Assembly: GCA_947628435.1 (NCBI GenBank)
Contig: CANQZW010000003.1
Span: forward strand, 4,016 to 68,015
From: an uncultured Bacilli bacterium
GTDB lineage: Bacteria > Bacillota_I > Bacilli_A > RF39 > UBA660
Reading direction: 5' to 3'
DNA length: 64,000 nt
In this document: positions 19,946 to 29,395 of the stretch, one piece after another
How the letters are laid out: each line of letters opens with the position of its first letter
Position numbering within the stretch: position 1 is the stretch's first letter
The notes under the pieces: model-generated
Database searches by the model: none
Told to the model about the DNA's origin: nothing
Seen by the model: only the letters and a program-made list of their open reading frames with translations
Made by a program: the position numbers and the translations under genes

Positions 19946-20344
19946 ATGAATAGAAATGAATCAAGAGTTATAATAATGACTATTTTATACCAAATATTTA
20001 TGTATCAAAATAATAACATTAGCTACGATTTAAACGATGTAATAAAACAAAATATGGAAATTGAAAATGATTTTGTAAACGAGATAGTAAATGGCGTTTT
20101 AGACAAAAAAAAAGAAATATTTAAAATTGCAAACGAATATTTAAAAGATTGGAAAATTAACAGACTAGGTTTAACAGATCAAGCAATTTTATCAATGGGA
20201 ATATATGAACTTATGTATACAAATACTCCTTATATTGTTTCAATAAATGAGGCTGTTGAACTTGCCAAAAAATATTCAGATGAAAAAGTTAAAAATATGA
20301 TAAATGGTGTTTTAGATAAAATATATCATGAAAAAATAGATTAA
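19946..20344 (+). CDS. nusB: transcription antitermination factor NusB
   Basis: 132 aa. NRLGLTDQAILSMGIYELMY...INEAVELAKKYSDEKVKNMINGVLDKI is typical of NusB. Confidence 0.85.
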   Translation: MNRNESRVIIMTILYQIFMYQNNNISYDLNDVIKQNMEIENDFVNEIVNGVLDKKKEIFKIANEYLKDWKINRLGLTDQAILSMGIYELMYTNTPYIVSINEAVELAKKYSDEKVKNMINGVLDKIYHEKID

Positions 20345-21123
20345 TCTATTTTTTTTAATATATCTAAAACGTGACTTGATGCACCTAATAAATCTTTTTT
20401 CTCACACGTAGATAAATGATATTTAATATATATATCAAATGTTTCTTTATCCATTTTGTTTATTATTTTTCTAATATAATCAGACGGACCGTCTTGAGAA
20501 AGTATTTTTACTCTTTTTAAATTAGTAATATCATTTAATTCGTTAATATCTTCTAATCTTACCATACTATATAAATCGGTTTTTTTAGGTATTACATGAA
20601 AATTTTCATCTATTTCATTATTTTTAATAGCATCTTTTATATTATTATCTTTAAAGCCATGAGTAATAATAGCATATTCATTCATATAATAACTAATTAA
20701 TATGTATCCGTTAGGTTTAACGATTCTTTTAGCTTCCATTAAGGCTTTTATTTTATCTTCTTTACTAATTAAATGATATAAAGGTCCAAATAAAAGCACC
20801 ATATCAAATGAATTATCACTAAATAAGGAAAGATTAGTGGCATTACCTAAATAAGCCTTAACAGGACTATTTTTAGCCTTTAAAGTCATTAAATTATGCT
20901 TTACTAATTCAACAGCAGTAACATCATAACCTTCATTTGCAAGCGCTACTGAATATGCTCCGGTTCCAGCTCCCACATCTATAATTTTAGGATCTTTTAA
21001 TTTATTTAAGTAATGATGAATATATTTCATAGCAGTTATAAATTCAACAATACCATGTCTATGAGTTAACCTTTTATCTTCATTAAACTTATTATAATAA
21101 TTAATTAAATTTTCTTCGTTCAT
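20341..21123 (-). CDS. class I SAM-dependent methyltransferase
   Basis: Motif I IIDVGAGTGAYSVALANEGYDVTAVE and post-I/II elements (FDMVLLFGPLYHL). Substrate unknown. Confidence 0.85.
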   Translation of the reverse strand: MNEENLINYYNKFNEDKRLTHRHGIVEFITAMKYIHHYLNKLKDPKIIDVGAGTGAYSVALANEGYDVTAVELVKHNLMTLKAKNSPVKAYLGNATNLSLFSDNSFDMVLLFGPLYHLISKEDKIKALMEAKRIVKPNGYILISYYMNEYAIITHGFKDNNIKDAIKNNEIDENFHVIPKKTDLYSMVRLEDINELNDITNLKRVKILSQDGPSDYIRKIINKMDKETFDIYIKYHLSTCEKKDLLGASSHVLDILKKID

Positions 21124-21238
21124 AATACCACCAAATATATAATATATTATTATTTAAAATTTATCAAATTTGAAACGTTGACATTGATATATAGTTGAAA
21201 TATAATATTTATATATATTAAAAAAGGAGATTTTGGTA

Positions 21239-22240
21239 ATGGAAAAAGTAATTAGTTATAGTACAATAATAAAAAATAAAATAGATGTATCAAAGTATGA
21301 TCAAATTTCTGAATTTCATGAAGGGTTAGCAAGAGTTAAATTAAATGGGAAAGATGGCTATATAAACAAAGAAGGAAAAGAAGTAATAAAACCAATTTAT
21401 GATTTTGCAGTTAATTTTCATAAAGGTTTAGCAAGAGTTAAATTAAATGGAAAATGGGGCTATATCAATAAAGACGGAAAAATAGCAATAAAACTAATTT
21501 ATGATGATGTATTTGAGTTTAGTGAAGATTTAGCAGCAGTTTGTTCAAATGGCAAATGGAGTTATATAAATAAAGACGGAAAAGAAGTAATAAAACTAAA
21601 TAAAAAATACGAACGTGCACATGAATTTCACAATGGTCTAGCAGCAGTTTGTTTAAAAGGTAAATGGGGATATATTAACAAAGAAGGAAAAATAGTAATA
21701 AAACCAATTTATGATGATGCAGATAATTTTCATAAAGGTTTAGCACAAGTTAAATTAAATGGTAACTGGAGTTATATCAATAAAGAAGGAAAAAATGAAA
21801 TAAGACTAAATGGAAAAGATGATTATGCATATGATTCTCATAAAGGTCTAGTATTATATCCTTTAAATGGAAAATGTGGTGTAATGGATAAAGAAGGAAA
21901 TAAGATAATAGATTGCTGTTTTGAATCAATTAAAATAAGTGATGGGATGATTATTTTTGATAAAAAATATATAGTAGATGTAAAAACAATGGAGTTGGCA
22001 TATTTATTTAAATTATCATTAAACAATAAAACTATAGAAAAGGAATTTAATGATAGAAATAAAAGAGATGAGTATGTAGGTGAAATAGAAGAATATTTAA
22101 AAAAAATGGAAACAGAGAAAAATAATGTAGTAGATATTTTTAAAAAAATATTAGAAGAGCAAATAAACAGTATCGAAAATTCTTATGTAGATGATGCGCT
22201 AGAGATGGCAAATAGTTATTATAAAAAGTATCAAGATTAA
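21239..22240 (+). CDS. WG-repeat (KWG) containing protein
   Basis: At least six repeats of F(H/S)(E/K)GLA.V...GKWGYINKEGK..I.P.YD, followed by a charged helical C-terminus. ATG 21239 follows AGGAG (the track starts at TTG 21233). Confidence 0.8.
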   Translation: MEKVISYSTIIKNKIDVSKYDQISEFHEGLARVKLNGKDGYINKEGKEVIKPIYDFAVNFHKGLARVKLNGKWGYINKDGKIAIKLIYDDVFEFSEDLAAVCSNGKWSYINKDGKEVIKLNKKYERAHEFHNGLAAVCLKGKWGYINKEGKIVIKPIYDDADNFHKGLAQVKLNGNWSYINKEGKNEIRLNGKDDYAYDSHKGLVLYPLNGKCGVMDKEGNKIIDCCFESIKISDGMIIFDKKYIVDVKTMELAYLFKLSLNNKTIEKEFNDRNKRDEYVGEIEEYLKKMETEKNNVVDIFKKILEEQINSIENSYVDDALEMANSYYKKYQD

Positions 22241-22318
22241 ATATAATCTTAATACTTTTTTATTTGATTAACATATATAAAAATGGTACAATATATTTAT
22301 GAGAAAATAGGTGAAAAA

Positions 22319-23587
22319 ATGGATGATAAATATATTAGTGTAACAGCTTTAACTAGATATATTAAATATAAAATAGATAATGATAGTCATTTACAGGAAG
22401 TTTATTTAAAGGGTGAAATATCTAATTTTAAAGCACATACTAGAGGTCATTATTATTTTACTATTAAGGATGAAAACGCTAGAATAAATGCCATTATGTT
22501 TAGTTTTAATGCATCAAAATTAAAGTTTTTACCAGAAGATGGAATGAAAGTACTTGTTAAAGGTAAAATAAGTGTTTTTGAAGCTACTGGTAATTATCAA
22601 ATATACGTTGAACAAATGCAAGAAGATGGGTTAGGTAACTTACATATTGCTTTTGAACAATTAAAGAAAAAGTTAGGTGAAGAAGGATTATTTGATCCTA
22701 AGTATAAAAAAGAAATACCAAAGATTCCAATGAGAGTAGGTATTATAACAGCTCCAACGGGAGCAGCGGTAAAGGACATATTATCAACCATTAAAAGAAG
22801 GTTTCCAATATGTAAAACGATTTTATTTCCTTGTTTAGTTCAAGGAGAACTTGCTAAAGATGACATTGTTAAAAAACTAGATATTGCTGATAATTATAAC
22901 TTAGACGTAATAATACTTGGACGTGGTGGTGGTTCTATTGAAGATTTATGGCCGTTTAACGAAGAAGCGGTTGCTCGTAAGGTATTTTCATGTAAAACAC
23001 CAATAATAAGCGGAGTAGGGCATCAAATAGACTTTACGATATGTGATTTTGTATCAGATGTAAGAGCGGAAACTCCAACGGGAGCAGCAGAAAGAGCAGT
23101 GCCAAAACTAAGTGATTTAATACTTGAAATAGAAAATTATAAAATAAGAGTTACCAATAACATTAAAATGGTATTAGATAATAATAAGTTAAGACTTAAA
23201 AAATTAAAAGAGAGTTATGTTTTAAAAAATCCACTTAGTTTGTATGAAATAAAAGAACAAAAACTAGATAACGTAATTGATAAATTAAATACCATGATTA
23301 ATACCATATTATATACTAATAAATCAAAGCTAGAAATTATTGAAAATAGTATTATTTTTAAAGAGCCTAGTATTTTGTATGAAAACAAGTTAAAAAGAAA
23401 TAATCACTTAATTGAAAAACTAGAGATATTAAACCCGTTAAATGCTTTAAAAAGAGGTTACTCAATAATAAAAAAGGATAATAAGTGTATTAGTAGTGTT
23501 AAAAATGTAAAAGTAAAAGATGAAATAGATATAAACATAAAAGATGGAAATATAAAAGCTATGGTAATGGAGGTTAAAAATGGCTAA
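22319..23587 (+). CDS. xseA: exodeoxyribonuclease VII large subunit
   Basis: OB-fold N-terminus (ISVTALTRYIKYKID...LKGEISNFKAH.RGHYYFTIKD), catalytic core (GIITAPTGAAVKDI, GRGGGSIEDLW.FNEE), coiled-coil tail. The internal Met at 22319 is preferred over 22283. Confidence 0.92.
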   Translation: MDDKYISVTALTRYIKYKIDNDSHLQEVYLKGEISNFKAHTRGHYYFTIKDENARINAIMFSFNASKLKFLPEDGMKVLVKGKISVFEATGNYQIYVEQMQEDGLGNLHIAFEQLKKKLGEEGLFDPKYKKEIPKIPMRVGIITAPTGAAVKDILSTIKRRFPICKTILFPCLVQGELAKDDIVKKLDIADNYNLDVIILGRGGGSIEDLWPFNEEAVARKVFSCKTPIISGVGHQIDFTICDFVSDVRAETPTGAAERAVPKLSDLILEIENYKIRVTNNIKMVLDNNKLRLKKLKESYVLKNPLSLYEIKEQKLDNVIDKLNTMINTILYTNKSKLEIIENSIIFKEPSILYENKLKRNNHLIEKLEILNPLNALKRGYSIIKKDNKCISSVKNVKVKDEIDINIKDGNIKAMVMEVKNG

Positions 23588-23810
23588 AGAAGAAGTAAAA
23601 TTTGAAGATAAGTTAAACGAATTAGAAAAAATTGTTTTAGAATTAGAAAAAGGGGACGTTGATTTAGATGATGCAATAGAAAAATACACAAACGCAATGA
23701 AACTTGCTAAAGAATGCTCAGAAAAATTAAAAGCGGCTGAAGAAAACGTAAATAAAATATTAACTGACGCTGGAAAAGAACTTGATTTTAAAGTTGACGA
23801 AGAAAATTAA
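23580..23810 (+). CDS. xseB: exodeoxyribonuclease VII small subunit
   Basis: 76 aa. FEDKLNELEKIVLELEKGDVDLDDAIEKY... Overlaps the xseA stop. Confidence 0.9.
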   Translation: MAKEEVKFEDKLNELEKIVLELEKGDVDLDDAIEKYTNAMKLAKECSEKLKAAEENVNKILTDAGKELDFKVDEEN

Positions 23811-23820
23811 AGGAGGAAAT

Positions 23821-24723
23821 ATGACATTAGTAATTATGGCTGCCGGAATGGGCTCTAGATTCGGCGGTTTAAAACAAGTAGAGCCAGTAGGACCAAATGG
23901 TGAGTTTATTTTAGATTATTCTATATATGATGCAATTAAAGCTGGATATAACAAAGTAGTATTTATAATAAAGGAAGAAAATTATGATTTGTTTAGACAA
24001 ACGATAGGAAAAAGAATTGAGAAAAAAATAAAAGTAGAGTATGCATTTCAAAGAATACAAGACGTTCCAAGTGGCGTTATTGCACCTAAAGATAGGGTAA
24101 AACCATGGGGAACATCACATGCTATATTATCTGCTAAAAAGTATGTTGATGAGGCATTTACGGTTATTAATGCAGATGATTTTTATGGGTATGAACCTTT
24201 TAAAATAATTAAAGATTTTTTTGAAAAAAATAATGATGAAAACTTATATGCAATGATTGGTTACAATGTTAAAAACACAATGACGGTAAATGGTTCTGTT
24301 AAACGTGGTGTTTGTTCAAAAAATGAAAATAATGAATTAACTGATTTAATAGAATCGTCAATTGAAAAAAAGGATGGAAAAATTATTGCAACACCACTTG
24401 AAGATGATAAAAAGCCTTTTATAATTGATGAAAATACGTTAGTATCAATGAATTTTTTTGGTTTTAAACCAAGTATATTTAATTATTTAGAAGATGAGAT
24501 GATTGAGTTTTTTAATAAGCATAAAAATGATTTAGATAAGTGTGAGTTTTTAATTCCAACAAGTGTGTTTAAAAGAATTGATGAAGGAAAAATATCAGTT
24601 AAAGTTTTGGATACTAATGAAAAATGGTACGGAGTAACCTATAAAGAAGATAAAAAAGATTTAGTTGATGCTATAAATAAAATGATAAATGATGGTAAAT
24701 ATCCTAAAAATTTATGGAACTAG
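23821..24723 (+). CDS. sugar-phosphate nucleotidyltransferase family protein
   Basis: ATG after AAAGGAGG. N-terminal MAAGMGSRFGGLKQ signature (G-x-G-x-R) with Rossmann-like continuation. Specificity unknown. Confidence 0.75.
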   Translation: MTLVIMAAGMGSRFGGLKQVEPVGPNGEFILDYSIYDAIKAGYNKVVFIIKEENYDLFRQTIGKRIEKKIKVEYAFQRIQDVPSGVIAPKDRVKPWGTSHAILSAKKYVDEAFTVINADDFYGYEPFKIIKDFFEKNNDENLYAMIGYNVKNTMTVNGSVKRGVCSKNENNELTDLIESSIEKKDGKIIATPLEDDKKPFIIDENTLVSMNFFGFKPSIFNYLEDEMIEFFNKHKNDLDKCEFLIPTSVFKRIDEGKISVKVLDTNEKWYGVTYKEDKKDLVDAINKMINDGKYPKNLWN

Positions 24724-24745
24724 CTTTTAGCTAGTTTTTTTATTT
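24717..24745 (+). terminator. rho-independent terminator
   Basis: aactagc/gctagtt stem with a 5-nt loop, followed by a T7 run. Overlaps the stop codon. Confidence 0.55.
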
Positions 24746-24822
24746 CCATTTTTTATCACTTATTATTAGTTTTATTTGTTACATAATAATAATGTAATTC
24801 GGATTACAAAAGGAGCATAAAA

Positions 24823-25812
24823 ATGTTTTTTAAAAAAATTAAAAATTTTATGGCAATATTTATAGTTGCTACATTTATTATGCCACAAACTGTTTTTGCT
24901 TATTCTAAATATATAGTTGCTGGTGGAGAAAATATAGGTCTTCAAATAAATAACAAGGGAATAATAATTGCAGGTTTTTATAAAGTAGGTAACACTTATC
25001 CTGCAGAAGATGCTTCACTTCAAAAAGGTGATACTATAATTGAAGCAGATGGGAAAAGTATTAATACTATTAATGATTTTATAAATGCTATAAAAGATAG
25101 TAATCAAAAGAATTTAAAATTACTTTATTTAAGAGATAATAATAAACAAACAACAACTCTTAATCTAATACTTGATGATGGTGTAGTTAAAACAGGATTA
25201 TACGTAAAAGATATGGTTAGTGGAATAGGTACTCTTACGTTTATTGATCCTAATACGAAAATTTATGGTGCATTAGGTCATGAGGTTATTGAATCACAAT
25301 CTGGTACTATGATTAATGTAAAAGATGGTAAAATTTATAATTCAAATGTAGTTAGTATTGATAAATCAACAAGAGGAGAACCTGGTGCTAAAAATGCTGA
25401 TGTTGATTCTAATGATGTATATGGTAATATTAAGGAAAATACAAATTCCGGAGTGTTTGGTAATTATACAAAGGATATACCGAAAGATAATTTATATGAG
25501 GTAGCAGATTTTGAAAGTATTAAAACGGGTGATGCAAAGATAATTACCGTACTAAACGGAAATGAAAAAAAAGAATATAGCATTAATATTTTAAAAGTTA
25601 ATAATAATAAAAATGATAATAAAAACATACTTTTTGAAGTGACGGATAATGAGCTACTGAATAAAACTGGTGGTATTGTTCAGGGAATGAGTGGATCACC
25701 AATTATTCAAGATAATAAAATAATTGGTGCGGTAACAAACGTAGTGGTAAATAACCCAAAAAGAGGATATGCAATATTAATAACATCAATGCTTGAGGAA
25801 GCGGAAAATTAG
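24823..25812 (+). CDS. spoIVB: SpoIVB peptidase (S55) family
   Basis: Signal/TM N-terminus, PDZ-like GDTIIEADGKSINTINDF, GIGTLTFIDPNTKIYGALGH (His) and GGIVQGMSGSPII (Ser) catalytic motifs. Confidence 0.85.
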   Translation: MFFKKIKNFMAIFIVATFIMPQTVFAYSKYIVAGGENIGLQINNKGIIIAGFYKVGNTYPAEDASLQKGDTIIEADGKSINTINDFINAIKDSNQKNLKLLYLRDNNKQTTTLNLILDDGVVKTGLYVKDMVSGIGTLTFIDPNTKIYGALGHEVIESQSGTMINVKDGKIYNSNVVSIDKSTRGEPGAKNADVDSNDVYGNIKENTNSGVFGNYTKDIPKDNLYEVADFESIKTGDAKIITVLNGNEKKEYSINILKVNNNKNDNKNILFEVTDNELLNKTGGIVQGMSGSPIIQDNKIIGAVTNVVVNNPKRGYAILITSMLEEAEN

Positions 25813-25833
25813 GAGAAATCCTTTTTTTCTTTT

Positions 25834-26250
25834 TTATAAATTTTCAGTTTCTGCAATAGTAAGATTAGCATTATAATTTTTAAATACAATGTATAATCCT
25901 ATAATTGCTGATATTATTGCTAATAAAGATGTTTCTATTTGTAAAAATAAATCTTGTTCATCATTATCATGATTTTCTTTTGCTATTTGATATTGTTTAT
26001 AATTTACGTATAAAAAACATATTGTTATAATAAATACTAATATGGTTTGAAATAAAGCTAAATTTTGAGCAGTTTTCTCAGTAAATAGTTTATCTTTTTT
26101 GCTAAGAGATAACTTTTTATCATATGATAGTAAATAAGATATTATAAGGGTAATAATAAAACCTATTGTTGCAATCATTTGAATATTTAAAAATTTAATT
26201 TTTTCAAAATTAAATTCATCATTATTATCTTTTTTAGTATTTTTATTCAT
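25834..26250 (-). CDS. hypothetical membrane protein (138 aa, about 3 TM)
   Basis: ORF with hydrophobic segments only; no motif recognised. Confidence 0.5.
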   Translation of the reverse strand: MNKNTKKDNNDEFNFEKIKFLNIQMIATIGFIITLIISYLLSYDKKLSLSKKDKLFTEKTAQNLALFQTILVFIITICFLYVNYKQYQIAKENHDNDEQDLFLQIETSLLAIISAIIGLYIVFKNYNANLTIAETENL

Positions 26251-26291
26251 ATTAAATTATATTAAATAAAAAAAAGAATACCACAAGTATT

Positions 26292-26432
26292 CTAGCTATA
26301 TAATAATGGAGATAATATTGCAAAAAATGCAGAACAAATCATTGCAATAAGAGCTATCCATATAAATATTTTAGTCCAATTTATTTTTATTTTTTTTCTT
26401 TTTTTGTTCTTATTTTTATCATTCTTACTCAT
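26292..26432 (-). CDS. small basic single-TM protein (46 aa)
   Basis: MSKNDKNKNKKRKKIKINWTKIFIWIALIAMICSAFFAILSPLLYS. The internal Met is preferred over the track start at 26474. Confidence 0.4.
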   Translation of the reverse strand: MSKNDKNKNKKRKKIKINWTKIFIWIALIAMICSAFFAILSPLLYS

Positions 26433-26528
26433 AATATCACCTCTATTATTGATTATAATACAAAATAATAACAATTTAAAGTAATATTTAATGTTTTTCC
26501 ATAATATAGTTTAACAAAGGAGAAAAAC

Positions 26529-27161
26529 ATGAAAAAAATAATAAGGTACTTAAACGAAACAATAAAACATGAAAAAAATAAGTTAGTTTTTACAGTAATA
26601 ATGTTTATAATTGGGTTAATTGTTGGCTCGCTTTTTATTAATTTTGTATCTAATTCTGATAAAAAACTTTTAATAGAGCAATTAGATATATATTTTAATA
26701 GTATTAAACATCTTACGAACGATGTTTTTGGATATAAAGTATTTTATAGTGAAGTTTTAAATAATGTGTTACAATTATTCATTATATTTGCACTTGGAAT
26801 ATCTATGGTTGGTTTACCAGTTGTAATATTTATATTATTTTTTAAAGGTTTTATGATAGGCACTACGATATCAACAATGTTTGTTAAATATCAATTAAAA
26901 GGTGTTATTGCAGCATTTTTTTATGTATTTCCGTGTTTAGTTCTTAACGTAATAATATATATATTAATGTGTTTTTTTGCGGTACACGCATCAGTAAAGT
27001 TCATTAAGGCATTATTAAAAAAAGATAATTTAAATTTTAAAACATTTTTAGGAAAATATTTATTAACTTTTATAGTTAGCATATTTTTAATTATTATCAC
27101 ATGTCTTTTAGATGCTTATCTAACACCATTATTATTAAAATTATTTACATTTATAAAATAA
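26529..27161 (+). CDS. spoIIM: stage II sporulation protein M-like membrane protein
   Basis: 210 aa. GISMVGLPVVIFILFFKGFMIG and C-terminal DAYLTPLLL parallel B. subtilis SpoIIM (GISVIGMPV..., EAYLSPVLM, recalled from memory). Confidence 0.7.
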   Translation: MKKIIRYLNETIKHEKNKLVFTVIMFIIGLIVGSLFINFVSNSDKKLLIEQLDIYFNSIKHLTNDVFGYKVFYSEVLNNVLQLFIIFALGISMVGLPVVIFILFFKGFMIGTTISTMFVKYQLKGVIAAFFYVFPCLVLNVIIYILMCFFAVHASVKFIKALLKKDNLNFKTFLGKYLLTFIVSIFLIIITCLLDAYLTPLLLKLFTFIK

Positions 27162-27202
27162 ATAGGGTATTAATACTCTTTTTTTATGAAAATGTAATAT
27201 TA

Positions 27203-27230
27203 TTGACAAAATTGTAAAAAAGTGTAAAAT
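27203..27230 (+). promoter_or_regulatory. sigma-A-type promoter candidate
   Basis: TTGACA (27203-27208), 16-nt spacer, TAAAAT (27225-27230), about 35 nt upstream of the HTH gene. Confidence 0.4.
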
Positions 27231-27264
27231 AATAGGTGTAATATATAGTAGGGGAGAGAAAGAT

Positions 27265-28032
27265 ATGGATAAACTTAATGAAATATTACAAGAGCTTGGA
27301 ATATCTAAAGTAAAATTAGCCAGATACTTAGGAGTTTCTAGACAAATGATATATAATTATTTAGAAATGAACGACGTTTCTAAATGGCCTAAAGATAAAA
27401 AAATGAAATTATTTAATTTATTAGATATTAAAGAATCATCTGATATTGGTAACATAAAAGTTGATACTGAATATATAAATAAAGTTGATATGGTTTTAAA
27501 TGGTGAATCATCTAATTCAATAATATCACATTCAGATACAATAGAATTTAAAGATTTAAAACCTCGTGAACAAGAATTATTAAATGATATTATATTTATT
27601 ATTAAAGAAAAATTTACTGAAGGATCATCTGATTCATACGTTACTTATAAATACTTATTACACTTTATTCAAAGTTTAGAAAATGTTAAAGAATTAAAAT
27701 ATATTATGGGTTATTTTGATAAATTATTAGGATTTGTTAATCCAGAAGAATATGCGTTTAATGAAGAAGAACAGTTTATTTTAGAAAGTATAATGCATTC
27801 TGCGATGGTTTTATACCGTGGCGGTGGTGCATCTAAAAATAGACTTGCCGAGCAGCATCGTAAGTTTGTTGCTGAAATAGAACATAAAAAAGAAGAAAAA
27901 TTAGGAAGAACTGAGGAGATAAATAGTGCTAAAATTCAGGCATTACATGAACTTGGATATACTGAAATCAATCGTGATAATGCGTCTGAAGTTTTAGCTA
28001 AGATTGCAGAGATACAATCAAGAGACGTTTAA
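27265..28032 (+). CDS. helix-turn-helix (XRE-like) domain protein, C-terminal region unknown
   Basis: N-terminal LGISKVKLARYLGVSRQMIYNYLE HTH. The remaining ~190 aa have no recognised motif. Confidence 0.7.
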   Translation: MDKLNEILQELGISKVKLARYLGVSRQMIYNYLEMNDVSKWPKDKKMKLFNLLDIKESSDIGNIKVDTEYINKVDMVLNGESSNSIISHSDTIEFKDLKPREQELLNDIIFIIKEKFTEGSSDSYVTYKYLLHFIQSLENVKELKYIMGYFDKLLGFVNPEEYAFNEEEQFILESIMHSAMVLYRGGGASKNRLAEQHRKFVAEIEHKKEEKLGRTEEINSAKIQALHELGYTEINRDNASEVLAKIAEIQSRDV

Positions 28033-28104
28033 AATGATTTATTATCCTACTATCATTTAGTTCGCATAATACATATTATGTTAACATTTTATTTTTTAAA
28101 ATTA

Positions 28105-28141
28105 AACATAGGTATCTTTTATATCATTACCTATGTTTTTT
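28105..28141 (+). terminator. rho-independent terminator
   Basis: aacataggta (28105-28114) pairs with tacctatgtt (28128-28137), followed by a T run. Confidence 0.65.
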
Positions 28142-28379
28142 ATATTATGATTTATAAAGTCCCTACTTTTAATAAGCCTTTTTTATATTATGTTTTTATT
28201 TAATTAAAACCTATATTTTTTATTATTCTTACCTTACTTTTTATTAAATAATAATTATTTTACTAAGTTAACAATACATAATTAATTATCTTAATAAAGA
28301 ATTATGTATTAAAATTTACATTTACTAATTAATAAATATATTCTCCCCTATTTTAAATAAGAATAATAGGGTATTTTTA

Positions 28380-29108
28380 TTAATTTTCTTCTAATAACAT
28401 CTCTAACATTCTATCTGGATCTTGTAAAAACATTTTATATGTTTGGTATATTTCAGTATCTTTATAATCTACTTTATTAAAATTATTATCTAAGTCATAT
28501 ATCTGTGCATTTTTATATGAAAGTAAAATTGGTGAATGAGTAGATATTATAAATTGTGAACCTTTTTTGACCAAATCATCAATTAAACATAACAAAGACA
28601 TTTGCCTTGTTGGTGATAGTGCGGATTCTGGTTCATCAAGTATGTATAACCCATTTTCAGTAAACCTATTTTTAACTAAATTTAAAAATGCTTCACCGTG
28701 AGAACATTCATGTAAATTACCACCATATGATTTATAAAGACCTAAACTTTGTATTTCTGTTGCTACGTTGTAAAAGCTTTCCGCACGTAGAAAAAACTTT
28801 GTTTTTGGTACGTTACCATTTTTATATATTTTAAAATAATCTGATAAATTTGAATGTGTGTCACTTGTTTTAAACATAAAATTTTGTGTGCCACCTTCAG
28901 GATTTAAATCTAAAGATATTGCTAGTGCTTCGATAAAAGTAGATTTACCTACCCCATTTTCTCCAATTAAAAATGTTACGTTTTTATCAAAATTTAATTC
29001 ATCTAAATTTTTTATAGCAGGTATATTAAATGGATATTTTTTTGTATCAGATATTTTTTCTTTTTCATATTTTACTTTATCTATATATAAATTACTAAAT
29101 AGAGACAT
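28380..29108 (-). CDS. stand-alone ABC/SMC-like AAA ATPase (about 242 aa, COG3910-like)
   Basis: Walker A GENGVGKST, SHGEAFL signature-like element, Walker B LYILDEPESALSP, H-loop STHSP. ATG 29108 follows AAGGAGG. No TM or partner gene. Confidence 0.8.
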   Translation of the reverse strand: MSLFSNLYIDKVKYEKEKISDTKKYPFNIPAIKNLDELNFDKNVTFLIGENGVGKSTFIEALAISLDLNPEGGTQNFMFKTSDTHSNLSDYFKIYKNGNVPKTKFFLRAESFYNVATEIQSLGLYKSYGGNLHECSHGEAFLNLVKNRFTENGLYILDEPESALSPTRQMSLLCLIDDLVKKGSQFIISTHSPILLSYKNAQIYDLDNNFNKVDYKDTEIYQTYKMFLQDPDRMLEMLLEEN

Positions 29109-29143
29109 TATAATCCTCCTTTTCAATTATTATATATTATAAA

Positions 29144-29172
29144 TGAAAAAAAGACTAGCTTAACTAATCTTT
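29144..29172 (-). terminator. rho-independent terminator downstream of the GNAT remnant
   Basis: On the minus strand AAAGAUUAG-UUAAG-CUAGUCUUU (one G.U pair) is followed by U7. Confidence 0.55.
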
Positions 29173-29365
29173 ATGTCAATGTTTTTTCCATGTAAATTGT
29201 ATATTTATCTATTTCTTTTGACATATCATCATCTATATAAGACATATAATCTAAGTTATCTTGTTTTTCTTTTATTAATACTTCTTTAAAACCTAATTTT
29301 TTATATAAATGAATCGCTGAGTTACTACCAACTAATGTATATAAAATAATTCTTATTTGACAATA
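29171..29365 (-). pseudogene. 3' fragment of a GNAT N-acetyltransferase gene
   Basis: Minus-strand frame open only from 29365 (bounded upstream by an in-frame TAA; no start codon or RBS) to TAA at 29171-29173. It translates ...QIRIILYTLVGSNSAIHLYKKLGFKEVLIKEKQDNLDYMSYIDD...; the NSAIHLYKKLGFKE part is the typical C-terminal GNAT motif. The N-terminal ~100 aa are absent. Confidence 0.55.
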
Positions 29366-29395
29366 TTATAACAAAAATAGATAGAAATTTAAATA

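Noticed and set aside
28078-28203. 41-codon hydrophobic/aromatic ORF (MLTFYFLKLNIGIFYIITYVFYIMIYKVPTFNKPFLYYVFI) in the ORF-free interval, considered as a small toxin-like peptide
   Set aside because: It has no RBS, it runs straight through the terminator hairpin of the upstream gene, and its length is within chance expectation for one of many possible starts in AT-rich DNA.
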